Source: a bacterium
GTDB taxonomy: Bacteria; UBA8248
Reading direction: 5' to 3'
Assembly: GCA_965207065.1 (NCBI GenBank)
Contig: OZ242260.1
Coordinates: 448,001 to 512,000, forward strand
DNA length: 64,000 bases
Below the pieces are notes generated by a model. The model searched no databases. It was not told the origin of the DNA and worked only from the letters and a program-made list of their open reading frames with translations. Position numbers and translations under genes: made by a program. Shown here piece by piece: positions 54,682 to 64,000 of the stretch (within the stretch, counting starts at the first letter, position 1; each line of letters opens with the position of its first letter).

Positions 54682-56391
54682 TTACGGCGTAATGATGATC
54701 GGTGAATCTTCCGGGCCCGTACTTCCTGAAACACCTTTTTCCTCAAGATTCTCTTCTTGTATTTCTCCTTCTTCACCCTGGGATTCGCGAACCTGGCGGA
54801 TAACCCGTTCAAGCATCACATTGATGGAATACTGAACCATTTCGACGAATAACGGCGTGGGTTCATCCGTAGCCATCTGTACTTCATCAGAGAGCGTCAC
54901 ACATTCACGGGCCATAGGTTCATCACCCGCTTGATGGAAAATGTATCCATTGTCTTCCAACTGTCCCGCGATTCGTTCCCGCAATGTCTTGTCCTGAAAA
55001 ATTTCTTTCGCCCCATTTTCCACTATCTGCTGAAGACGCTCTTTTTTCTGATTGTCATCCAGCGCCACCTGACTTTCCATCGCCTCTATAAACTCCTGAA
55101 AATACGGCGCCACATGATCTTCATCCATCACCCAACTCCAGAAAGGCCGATGGGCGAATAACGTGCGTGCTTCCATTCGCTTCTCGTGCTCCGCAATCGA
55201 ATTCACGATCGCTCGGACAGGGTGCGACCCCTCCAGGGGAAACACATCGGCCTCCGCCAATGGATCCAGCATGAGCTTTGCATGCGTGAAGCCACGGGGC
55301 AGCGGCACTTCTCCCGCTTCGTTTTCGCGTTGACCGCGCTCCAGGAGCCAAATGGCATACCCGACCGGCACTTCCTGTGACGCTAAAGTGGGCATATCTG
55401 AAATTTGGTGAAAAACATTGCGCAACTCTTTCGCACTCATTTCCGCATCCGTGAACTCGACAATGCCTTGCCCCCGATGCAACCGCGCCTGCACAAGATA
55501 TCTCCCGCGCGGGACCCTCGAACGGGCAAGCCACAACAGCATCTGCCCGCGCCCGTCTACGGCGCTGACTACGGCATGAACATAATCAGGATAAGTGGAC
55601 CTCTGCGCAGTGTGAATACCCGCATCAGACGATTTTTCAATTTCCACGCCCTTGTTTTTCAAACGAAACAACGCTTTGCGAATACGCGACAACGTATCCT
55701 TGTCATTCGTAGATTCCGAGAGCTTCTGAAGCGCAATCGCAGCATCCTGCGTAGCCATCTCCGCAAGAATATGAATGAAATATGCCGGCGGCGATGATCC
55801 TTCCCGGACCATCGCTTCAGCCAGCACGAGCGAATTTTTTTCCGAGACCTCACCCGTATTATCCAGGCCGTCACGCAAGACTACTTCCTGCAGAAAAGAA
55901 GGCAGGTTATTTAATGACGATACGATAGACTTCGCGGAATCAACCGTGAGGGACTCATTTTGACTTAATCGATCAGAAACCTCCTGGGCATGACGTAAAC
56001 TTTCCGGATTCAAACCATTCGGCAATTCCACATCCGGGTCCAACGTACGGAGAGTATCGAGGAGCGCGGTGAATCCTGGAATCGACCACCGCATCGTCCG
56101 GATTAGAGAGACAAGCTTTTGCACGACGGAAGGCTCGTCCAATTCGCGCAGCGCGAGAAGCGTTGGAATCCGGCCCTCCGGAGTAGTGGAGGAGAGGTGG
56201 TTCAATACTCCGGCGATACCAACCTCCCCCATTTCCCTGATTTCGTCCAGAAGTGGCGCAGGCGCCATGGCGCCCGGCGGAGCCGGCACGGTAAACGACG
56301 CTTCAAGTCCAGCCGCTACGGCGGCGGCCCTGCTTAAATCTTCTTTGGAAAAAGTTTTTTTCGAGGCTTTCACCCTCGCTTTCTTCGCCAA
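54682..56391 (-). CDS. Hypothetical alpha-helical (HEAT-like) protein
   Basis: AGGAG RBS before TTG 56391; RKALFRLK-x-x-G and S-x-VDG-x-G segments. Confidence 0.65.
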   Translation of the reverse strand: MAKKARVKASKKTFSKEDLSRAAAVAAGLEASFTVPAPPGAMAPAPLLDEIREMGEVGIAGVLNHLSSTTPEGRIPTLLALRELDEPSVVQKLVSLIRTMRWSIPGFTALLDTLRTLDPDVELPNGLNPESLRHAQEVSDRLSQNESLTVDSAKSIVSSLNNLPSFLQEVVLRDGLDNTGEVSEKNSLVLAEAMVREGSSPPAYFIHILAEMATQDAAIALQKLSESTNDKDTLSRIRKALFRLKNKGVEIEKSSDAGIHTAQRSTYPDYVHAVVSAVDGRGQMLLWLARSRVPRGRYLVQARLHRGQGIVEFTDAEMSAKELRNVFHQISDMPTLASQEVPVGYAIWLLERGQRENEAGEVPLPRGFTHAKLMLDPLAEADVFPLEGSHPVRAIVNSIAEHEKRMEARTLFAHRPFWSWVMDEDHVAPYFQEFIEAMESQVALDDNQKKERLQQIVENGAKEIFQDKTLRERIAGQLEDNGYIFHQAGDEPMARECVTLSDEVQMATDEPTPLFVEMVQYSINVMLERVIRQVRESQGEEGEIQEENLEEKGVSGSTGPEDSPIIITP

Positions 56392-56551
56392 AACGGTTTC
56401 TCCTGAAAAATATATCCCAAAAGACGAATCATCGGCGGGCGCAATGCCTACTGTCAAGACGATGTGGAAAAGCGCCTTTTTCTCTTGCCGCTTTTGCCAA
56501 CCGCAACGCACACATGCCACAATCGCCGAAATTTCGGCCCTGGGAGATAAA

Positions 56552-57541
56552 GTGACCCTTCGATTCGCCCATTGCGGTGATTTTCATCTCGGCTATGACT
56601 TCGGCTATCTTCCACCTCGCAAAGCAGCGGCGCGGCAAGCCGATCTTCGGGTAGCATTTTTCCGCACTGTTCGCGAAACGCTCAAATGGGGCGCACAAGC
56701 CTTCCTCATTTCGGGGGACCTGTTCGACACCCCACATCCAAGTGATCGTGACGTCGAAATCGTCTCGAAGAATCTGGCCCACTTATCCAAAAAAGGGGTG
56801 CGCTGTTTTGCCATACCCGGCAATCATGACCCGATGCACCCGGAATCCGTCTGGAATCGAGCCGAAATTGCAAGTTGCATCCACCTTTTCCGTGGTGACG
56901 CCGCTACCGAATTGGCGCAAACAAACATCGCCGAACTCAATCTTACGATTGCAGGAATCCCCTGGGATACCAAAGACGCCTTCAAACCGCCTTTGCAGGA
57001 AATCCTCACGCGGAAACTACATTTGAGCGACCGCTCCATCCTGCTGCTCCACGGCTCGGAAGCGGCTCTCGCCTCAGAACATCCGGCATTCAAGGAGCAT
57101 CCATTCGAGGCCGATGATTTGAAGCGTCTGCCCTTCGGGTATGTGGCCATAGGCCATTACCACAAGCCGATGGACGTCGCCCGGTGGAGCGGCGGCGGCG
57201 CCTGCTACAGCGGATCACCTGAAGGATTGCGCTTCAGCGATCACAACCTGGGGGAGCGCTCTATCGTTTTGGGAGAAATGGACGAGAGAGGCTCCCTGAT
57301 TCAACTCAATCGAAAACCCATCAATGCGCGAACCATGAAAACGCTTTCATACTCCGCCGGCGACGGGACTACGGCGGACGACTGGTTTCGGGCAATCGAC
57401 GACATGAGAGACCCGGATACCCTTTTGAGGGTACACGTCCCGAAACTATCAGGCGATCAACAAAGACGGGCGGAAGTTCTCTTATCCGCGCTAAGTCATG
57501 ATTTTTTCTACCTGGACATCGTTTGGGAATCGCCCTTGTGA
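56552..57541 (+). CDS. SbcD/Mre11-like metallophosphoesterase (DNA repair exonuclease)
   Basis: H-x-x-DFHLG, SGDLFD, PGNHD, LLHG, YVAIGHYH, YSGSPE. Confidence 0.85.
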   Translation: MTLRFAHCGDFHLGYDFGYLPPRKAAARQADLRVAFFRTVRETLKWGAQAFLISGDLFDTPHPSDRDVEIVSKNLAHLSKKGVRCFAIPGNHDPMHPESVWNRAEIASCIHLFRGDAATELAQTNIAELNLTIAGIPWDTKDAFKPPLQEILTRKLHLSDRSILLLHGSEAALASEHPAFKEHPFEADDLKRLPFGYVAIGHYHKPMDVARWSGGGACYSGSPEGLRFSDHNLGERSIVLGEMDERGSLIQLNRKPINARTMKTLSYSAGDGTTADDWFRAIDDMRDPDTLLRVHVPKLSGDQQRRAEVLLSALSHDFFYLDIVWESPL

Positions 57542-58326
57542 GCAAGAACACCTGGTGCGACGTCGCGTTTTCCCACCCGGAAATCCCCATCAGACTCATA
57601 GATGCGCACCGGGCGCACGGAGAAAAAACACGAAACATCGTGTGCGTCGTAATAGATATATTAAGAGCCACGACGAACATCGCCGCCATCCTGGAGAATG
57701 GATGCCCCGCGATACATCCGTGCGCCTCTCCAGAAACGGCGCTTGAACTGGCGGAAAAGCTGCGGCTTCTGCACGGCGCCGAAAATATCATTCTGGGCGG
57801 AGAGCAGGACGGCGAGCCCATTGAAGGATTTGACGGGGGGAATTCCCCTCTCGAATACACACGCCGGAGAATCGGCGGGAAAACCCTGATACTCTCAACA
57901 AGCAACGGCACCAAAACACTCTCGGCCGTACAGAGTTGCGGAGAAATTTTCACCGCCGCTTTCGTGAACATCACCGCTACTGCCGAACGGATAGCGTCTA
58001 TTCTTGATGAAAACCCGGATCAATCCCTCTTGATCGCCTGTTCGGGCCGCGAAGGCGCCTATTGTGAAGAAGATGCAGTAGGGGCGGGGATGCTTCTGGA
58101 TATCCTGTCCGAACAATTTAAGGAGATCGAACTGTCCGACACCGCCCGAGCAGCTATGCATGTCGCCCATGGAGCAGAAAAAAACCTGGAGAAGATGCTA
58201 TTTCACAGCTGGTGGGGGAAACACTTGTCGTCTCTGGGACTCGATGAGGACATATCTTTTTGCGCGCAGAAGGACATTATGGACATTGCTCCCAAACTGG
58301 ATGGCGGGATAATCAGGATTTCTTAA
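57538..58326 (+). CDS. comB: 2-phosphosulfolactate phosphatase family protein
   Basis: VVIDILRATT, GGE-x-x-G-x-x-IEGFD-x-GNSP, STSNGT, ED-x-x-x-AG. Confidence 0.85.
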   Translation: MSKNTWCDVAFSHPEIPIRLIDAHRAHGEKTRNIVCVVIDILRATTNIAAILENGCPAIHPCASPETALELAEKLRLLHGAENIILGGEQDGEPIEGFDGGNSPLEYTRRRIGGKTLILSTSNGTKTLSAVQSCGEIFTAAFVNITATAERIASILDENPDQSLLIACSGREGAYCEEDAVGAGMLLDILSEQFKEIELSDTARAAMHVAHGAEKNLEKMLFHSWWGKHLSSLGLDEDISFCAQKDIMDIAPKLDGGIIRIS

Positions 58327-59135
58327 GTTTCAAAGTCCTTCGCCAAGACTTTTTCAACCACATCTTGCGACTTCGGAGAATTCGCTCCGGGTTTCAAATA
58401 CATAAAGAATTCCCGGTTTCCTTTCGCGCCCGTAATCGCGCTCAAGGAAATACCCTGGGGAGCCAATTTCATCCGAAGCGTTTCATCCCAGATACGGAGG
58501 AGCACTTCACGGTGATGCTCGGGGTCGCGAATAATTCCTCCCTTGCCGACACGCCCTTTCCCCACTTCGAACTGTGGTTTGATGAGAACGAGCATCTCCC
58601 CACCATCGTCGAGCAAGTCATGAATCGGCCCCACCAACTTCATGACGGAGATGAACGAAACATCTACGACGCATAAACCGGGACGTTCTTCGCCCGCCAA
58701 CGCTTGAAATATTTCCGGCGTCAGATGCCTGGCGTTCACCCCTTCCAGAAGAGTGACCCTCGGGTCATTCCTCAATTTCCAGTCAATCAAACCCTTGCCC
58801 ACATCCACCGATGCAACGCGGCGCGCTCCACGGGTGAGCAGCACATCGGTGAATCCGCCTGTCGATGCGCCGACATCCATACAATATTTCTCGAAAGGAT
58901 CAACACCAAAGACATCCAGCGCACCTGCGAGCTTCAGGCCTCCACGGCTCACATAGGGACAAGGATTTTCTTTTAGGGTAATGGATGAATCTTCCGGAAA
59001 TGCAGAACCCGCTTTGGTAGCGGGTTGGCCGTCAACACTCACAAGACCGGCTAAAATCAGGCTGCGCGCACGCTCCCGGCTCGGAGCCAGCGCACGTTCA
59101 ACGACTAACTTATCGAGCCTCTGTTTTTTTGCCAT
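58323..59135 (-). CDS. tlyA: TlyA rRNA methyltransferase
   Basis: S4 domain, YVSRGGLKL, DVGASTGGFT, KPQFE. Confidence 0.95.
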   Translation of the reverse strand: MAKKQRLDKLVVERALAPSRERARSLILAGLVSVDGQPATKAGSAFPEDSSITLKENPCPYVSRGGLKLAGALDVFGVDPFEKYCMDVGASTGGFTDVLLTRGARRVASVDVGKGLIDWKLRNDPRVTLLEGVNARHLTPEIFQALAGEERPGLCVVDVSFISVMKLVGPIHDLLDDGGEMLVLIKPQFEVGKGRVGKGGIIRDPEHHREVLLRIWDETLRMKLAPQGISLSAITGAKGNREFFMYLKPGANSPKSQDVVEKVLAKDFET

Positions 59136-61047
59136 GCGCCGCCAGATCGGCAGAATCAGCTTCATTATTCAGCAGATCACGAGCCGCCTGGGTAATATCC
59201 CCTGGTGTAAGCCCACAATCCTCGCGCTGGAGTTGAGGCGCTCCGTGTTCAATGAACCGATCGGGAATGCCCAAAACCGTGGCGGAAACGTCTCGGATGC
59301 CGTGCTCCGCCAAAAACTCCAAAACGCCGGCGCCCATTCCCCCGATGCGCGTTCCCTCCTCAATCGTCACGACGTGCTTGCACCGCCCCACGAGTTCCAG
59401 AATCTTCTCTTCATCCATCGGCTTCACAAAGCGGAGGTTCAAGACAGACGCCTCGATTCCAAGTTCCGCAAGTTGTCCGGCAGACTCCATCGCGAGACCC
59501 ACCATGGGGCCCAAGGCGATGAGAGCGACGTCATCGCCATCGCGAAGCAGTTCCGCCTCCCCAACGGGAATCGTCTCGATCTTCTCATCCATCGGCACCC
59601 CTTCACCGGAGCCACGTGCGAAGCGGACCGCCGCAGGACCTGGATATTCAATCGCGGTCAAGACCATTTTCTGGAGTTCATTTTCGTCTTTGGGCGACAT
59701 GATGACCATGTTCGGCAGACACCGAAGGTAGGCCAGGTCATAGGCCCCCTGGTGGGTGGGGCCGTCATCGCCCACGAGACCGGCCCGGTCCAGGGCAAAG
59801 GTAACGGGCACGTTCGTGAGGCAGACATCGTGGATGATTTGATCGTAGGCGCGCTGTAAAAATGTGCTGTAAATGGCGGCGACCGGCTTCATGCCCTCAA
59901 GCGCCAGTCCTGCGGCGAAAGTTACCGCATGCTGCTCACACATCCCTACGTCGAAGCAGCGATCCGGCAAGACTTTCTGATAGTTCACCAGAGCCGTGCC
60001 CTCGAGCATGGCCGCCGAGATGGCGACTATCTTTTCATCCTTCTGGCTGAGCTTGATCATCGTATCGGTGAAAACTTTCGAATACCCGGGAGGCCCAGGC
60101 GCTTTCTTGTGGAATTCACCGGATTCAGGATCGAATTTCGTCACGCCGTGATAGGTGATGGGTTCCGCCTCGCTATAGGGGTACCCATAACCCTTACGGG
60201 TAACGACATGAACCAGGTTGGGGCCATCCAGATTTTTCACGTTTCTCAGAGTGGGAATCAGCAAATCCAGCCTGTGTCCGTCCACCGGACCGATGTAGCG
60301 AAAACCCAGTTCCTCAAACAGAATACCCGGCACGATGATATTTTTCAGAGACTCTTCCACCCTGTCCATGAGGGTGACGGCATGACTGCCCACCAGGGGA
60401 AGATGGCTGAGTATTTTCTGGACTTCTCCGCGCACCTTGCGGACCCGGTTCGACCATTCACCCGTCATGATTCGCGCCAGATATGAGCACATTGCGCCCA
60501 CGTTATGCGAAATCCCCATTTTATTGTCATTGAGGATGACGGTGAGGTTTCTCTTCGAATCGCCGGCGTTGTTGAGACCTTCCATCGCCATGCCGGCGGT
60601 CAAGCTGCCGTCTCCGATGATGGCGACGACCTGGAAGTCCTCGCCCGAGAGGTCTCGCGCCGTGGCCATGCCCAGCGCCGCCGATATGGACGTGCCTCCA
60701 TGCGCCACATTCAGATGATCATATTCACTCTCGCGCCTGTCCGGGAATCCGGCAATTCCCTCCCACTGCCTTAACGTATCGAACCGGTCCCGGCGACCTG
60801 TCAGGATCTTGTGCGTATAGGCCTGATGTCCAACATCCCAAATCAGCTTGTCCTTCGGCGTATCGTAGAGATAGTGAAGCGCTACAATGAGTTCCGCCGC
60901 TCCCAGAGAAGCGCCCAGGTGCCCACCCGTATTGGACGTTACCTGAATGACCTTGTCACGGAGCTCATCCACGACTTGAGATAGTTCCTCTTCCGATAAC
61001 TGTCTCAAATCCGCCGGGCTATCAATACGTTCAAGCAACTCGCCCAT
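59110..61047 (-). CDS. dxs: 1-deoxy-D-xylulose-5-phosphate synthase
   Basis: GGHLG, WDVGHQ, GDG...NDN, YSTFLQRAYDQ, DRAG. Confidence 0.97.
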   Translation of the reverse strand: MGELLERIDSPADLRQLSEEELSQVVDELRDKVIQVTSNTGGHLGASLGAAELIVALHYLYDTPKDKLIWDVGHQAYTHKILTGRRDRFDTLRQWEGIAGFPDRRESEYDHLNVAHGGTSISAALGMATARDLSGEDFQVVAIIGDGSLTAGMAMEGLNNAGDSKRNLTVILNDNKMGISHNVGAMCSYLARIMTGEWSNRVRKVRGEVQKILSHLPLVGSHAVTLMDRVEESLKNIIVPGILFEELGFRYIGPVDGHRLDLLIPTLRNVKNLDGPNLVHVVTRKGYGYPYSEAEPITYHGVTKFDPESGEFHKKAPGPPGYSKVFTDTMIKLSQKDEKIVAISAAMLEGTALVNYQKVLPDRCFDVGMCEQHAVTFAAGLALEGMKPVAAIYSTFLQRAYDQIIHDVCLTNVPVTFALDRAGLVGDDGPTHQGAYDLAYLRCLPNMVIMSPKDENELQKMVLTAIEYPGPAAVRFARGSGEGVPMDEKIETIPVGEAELLRDGDDVALIALGPMVGLAMESAGQLAELGIEASVLNLRFVKPMDEEKILELVGRCKHVVTIEEGTRIGGMGAGVLEFLAEHGIRDVSATVLGIPDRFIEHGAPQLQREDCGLTPGDITQAARDLLNNEADSADLAAHGKKTEAR

Positions 61048-61164
61048 ATCATTTACCCCCCACGGGAACTCAGTCTATCCAGAATTTTCTTTCATCCAAG
61101 GAATGTCTCCGACTCCGTCATTCCTCGACCGTTCAATGATTTACCAATGAATAATAAGCAATCA

Positions 61165-62079
61165 TCAGAACCGACGCAAGATAATAAATTGCGCCAAAGA
61201 TTCGAGTTCCGGCGCATTTTTCGGGAAAATTTCGAGCGCTTGCAAAGCTTCCTCGCAAGTGGAGCGCGCCAGTTTTTTCGACGTCTCCATGCCGTACAAG
61301 GCGGGATAGGTTGCCTTGTTCAATCCCTCATCCGAGCCCGTAGGTTTTCCCATGAGGGCTTCATCGCCTTCCACATCCAGAATATCGTCCACGATCTGAA
61401 ACGCCAGGCCAATCTTCTCCCCATACAGGTGCAGCGCTTCCAGCTGCGCTTCATCACCACCACCGAGGAGCCCCCCCAGACAAACAGAAACCCTCAACAA
61501 CGCGCCCGTCTTTCTCCTGTGGATTTCCTCCAAATGCGCCACATCACTCACAAGGCCATCGGCCCGGATGTCCAAAAGCTGTCCCCCCACCATGCCCGTT
61601 GCGCCCGCCGCATCGGCGACCATTCGAATCGCTTTCACATGACGCCCGGGCGATATTTTCTCGCTCATTTTTTCATTCGCCATCAACTCGAAGGCCAGGG
61701 CCTGCAACCCATCCCCCGCGAGAATCGCCGCCGCCTCCCCATATACCTTATGACTCGTCGGCATCCCCCGTCTTAAGTCATCATCGTCCATGGCGGGCAG
61801 ATCATCATGGATCAAAGAATAAGAATGAATGCACTCGAGGGCGCATGCGGCAGGCAGGATCAATTCAGGGTTTCCACCTACGGCTTCGCATCCAGCCACG
61901 CAAAGCACGGGGCGCAGGCGCTTTCCGCCGGCGAAAAGGCTGTAGCGCATGATCTCAAAAATTTCGGGCGGCTCGGAGGATTCCGGCACAAGGCGATCGA
62001 GTTCTTCTTCCACACATTTCGCCCATCGGTCCAGGTAAGCCGCTGCGTCGATACGTACAGGGAGTTCGGCTTCACTCAT
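61165..62079 (-). CDS. ispA: Farnesyl/geranylgeranyl diphosphate synthase
   Basis: GGKRLRP, HDDLPAMDDDDLRRG, FQIVDDILD. Confidence 0.95.
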   Translation of the reverse strand: MSEAELPVRIDAAAYLDRWAKCVEEELDRLVPESSEPPEIFEIMRYSLFAGGKRLRPVLCVAGCEAVGGNPELILPAACALECIHSYSLIHDDLPAMDDDDLRRGMPTSHKVYGEAAAILAGDGLQALAFELMANEKMSEKISPGRHVKAIRMVADAAGATGMVGGQLLDIRADGLVSDVAHLEEIHRRKTGALLRVSVCLGGLLGGGDEAQLEALHLYGEKIGLAFQIVDDILDVEGDEALMGKPTGSDEGLNKATYPALYGMETSKKLARSTCEEALQALEIFPKNAPELESLAQFIILRRF

Positions 62080-62341
62080 CATCTTCACCGTCTTCGAACG
62101 ATTGCAGCGAAAATGTCTCCTCCGATTCCCCCACGAGTTCTTCCACCTTCTTTTGCGCCGCGTTCAACTGCTCCCGGCTATAGCGAAAGAGCTTTACGCC
62201 CTCTTCATACAGCAAAACGGCCTTCTCCAGGGAAGGCTCGCCCTCTTCGAGTTCTTCCACAATGGCTTCCAGGCGCTTCAGCGCTTCTTCGAAACTTTTT
62301 GGTTCCGCGTCAGGGTACGCGGATTCATTTGCAGTACTCAT
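62072..62341 (-). CDS. xseB: Exodeoxyribonuclease VII small subunit
   Basis: SFEEAL-x-RLE-x-IV-x-x-LE...YEEG. Confidence 0.95.
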   Translation of the reverse strand: MSTANESAYPDAEPKSFEEALKRLEAIVEELEEGEPSLEKAVLLYEEGVKLFRYSREQLNAAQKKVEELVGESEETFSLQSFEDGEDDE

Positions 62342-63738
62342 GGGCCCTCTCCCTCGGGAAAGACTTCTTCTACGCGGCACATCAAACCGCCTTCCGGTAA
62401 ACGAATCCGCACGGATTCATCTACACGCACATCTTCAGCCTTTTTCACCAAGGCGCCATCCGGCTCCTTGTACACCAGGCTGTACCCCCTCGCCAAAACG
62501 GCCAGCGGCGAGACCAACTCGAGACGCCCGGCGGCGCTCTTGAGGACATCCGCCCTGTTCTTCAAAAACAATCCATGCGCTGCGCGCAGGCGCTTCAAAT
62601 TATCTTCAAGTCTCGATATGGACACAACAATTTTTTCTTTGGGTGAGAGTACCCGCAGCCTCGGAGCCATTCCGGCCAAATTCGCCCGTCTCATTTCCTG
62701 TTGATGACTGGCCTCTCTGCTCATTCGCTCATAGAGCGCATCCAGGCGCTGCGCCAACGATTCGAGCGGGGCTTCCGGCCTTCTGAATGCGGCTTCCCGG
62801 AGCAACCGAGACAACCTCTCGTCAAGAGAGGCGATGTGAGTCGCCACTGCCCGGCGCGCATCATGGATCAGGTTGGCAATGTCCCGGGCGACACTCTGCC
62901 AGCCCCTGGCCACACGTTCGGCCGCCGCCGTAGGCGTATGCGCCGATTCGTCGGCGGCCAGATCACTGAGCGAGGTATCGACCTCATGCCCCACCGCCGA
63001 TATGAGAGGCGTCGCGCATCCGGCGATTGCCCGCACTACTTCCTCTTCGTTAAACGCCCATAAATCCTCCCGGCTTCCGCCGCCGCGGCCCGTGATGATG
63101 AGATCCACGGGGCGATCGATGTTTGCAAGGCCCTCGTCCACCCTTCGGATCGCCGCCGCGATGGAAGATGCGGCGCTTTCTCCCTGCACCAAAGTGTGGA
63201 CTACGACGAGCTCGACAACCGGGGCGCGCTCCCTGAATACCCGCAACATATCCTGCAAGGCGGCGCCTTCGCGGCTGGTCACCAACGCCACGCGACGGGG
63301 GCGCTCGGGAATCTCCTTTTTTCGCCCAGAATCGAACAAACCTTCCTTTTCCAATCGCTCGTGCAACTGGCGAAAAGCGACCTCCAGCGCGCCTTCTCCC
63401 AACGGCTCCATGGACAGCGCAGAGACCTGGAAGCGCCCGTCTTTCTCATAAAGCGTCACCCGGCAACGGATCATCACGCGCATGCCGACTTCCGGCTCGA
63501 AGCGCAAAAACCGTCTGCGGCCCGAAAACATCACGGCGCTCACCCTGGATGCGGCGTCTTTTAAGTCAAAATAGGAGTGTCCCGATGGATAGGTGCGCCA
63601 GGAGGAGATTTCCCCCTCGACCAATACCTCGCCGAATTCATCTTCGAGCAATTCTTTCACGCGCGCGTTGAGTTGTGAGACGGTGAGCACCGCAGGCGTT
63701 GCGCGAGGCGTATCGTCACCCAGAAGGTCTACATTCAT
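62338..63738 (-). CDS. xseA: Exodeoxyribonuclease VII large subunit
   Basis: SGH-x-YF-x-LKD, RGGGS-x-EDL, SAVGHE-x-D, TPTAAA, L-x-RGY. Confidence 0.96.
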   Translation of the reverse strand: MNVDLLGDDTPRATPAVLTVSQLNARVKELLEDEFGEVLVEGEISSWRTYPSGHSYFDLKDAASRVSAVMFSGRRRFLRFEPEVGMRVMIRCRVTLYEKDGRFQVSALSMEPLGEGALEVAFRQLHERLEKEGLFDSGRKKEIPERPRRVALVTSREGAALQDMLRVFRERAPVVELVVVHTLVQGESAASSIAAAIRRVDEGLANIDRPVDLIITGRGGGSREDLWAFNEEEVVRAIAGCATPLISAVGHEVDTSLSDLAADESAHTPTAAAERVARGWQSVARDIANLIHDARRAVATHIASLDERLSRLLREAAFRRPEAPLESLAQRLDALYERMSREASHQQEMRRANLAGMAPRLRVLSPKEKIVVSISRLEDNLKRLRAAHGLFLKNRADVLKSAAGRLELVSPLAVLARGYSLVYKEPDGALVKKAEDVRVDESVRIRLPEGGLMCRVEEVFPEGEGP

Positions 63739-63757
63739 TCGAGAACCTTTATATGCC

Positions 63758-64000
63758 CTATCCCCTCGATTCCTGCGACTGGAGAGAGTAAGCGCGAACC
63801 GTATTCGCCATCAGCATGGCGACCGTCATGGGCCCCACCCCGCCCGGCACCGGCGTGATGGCGGAAACCTTTTCGAGCAAAGGTTCAAAATCACAATCGC
63901 CGACCAACTCCCCATCCACCCGGTTGATGCCGACGTCGACCACGACCGCTCCTTCCCGAACCATGTCGGCGGTCAGGAATTTCGGCCTCCCCATGGCGGC
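63758..64000 (-). CDS. folD: 3' part of methylenetetrahydrofolate dehydrogenase/cyclohydrolase
   Basis: [25 protein letters not shown]. Confidence 0.95.
   Translation of the reverse strand, partial: AAMGRPKFLTADMVREGAVVVDVGINRVDGELVGDCDFEPLLEKVSAITPVPGGVGPMTVAMLMANTVRAYSLQSQESRG

Overview
GC-rich bacterial chromosomal window, mostly metabolic and housekeeping genes: a sugar-type ABC transporter, tandem CocE/NonD hydrolases, LysR-gltBD, metF, SOD/peroxiredoxin, tRNA-Thr and tRNA-Lys, an acyl-CoA/hotdog-fold catabolic operon, fumC, acnA, rlmN, nth and the folD-xseA-xseB-ispA-dxs-tlyA cluster. The most unusual part is 8.4-16.4 kb: a set of Mu-like phage genes (gp26/gp27-like, endolysin, 3TM holin, an unannotated 49-aa membrane protein, an excisionase-type HTH) with no capsid, portal, large terminase or transposase, interleaved with unrelated genes on the opposite strand. 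Two of its operons share the same promoter design: a tandem 10-bp repeat exactly 25 bp from a -10 box, with no -35 box. A third copy of that repeat, and a second 43-bp motif shared with the HTH operon leader, lie about 32 kb away upstream of an uncharacterised gene. This points to a domesticated, dispersed phage-derived regulon (GTA-like or programmed lysis; inference). Also seen: an AhpD/CMD-family selenoprotein (CxxU plus a SECIS-like hairpin), a SelA-like gene with an apparent ATT start, a stand-alone tail-fibre-like gene, and several REP/MITE families with no transposase in the window. Family assignments come from recalled motifs; no database searches were run.
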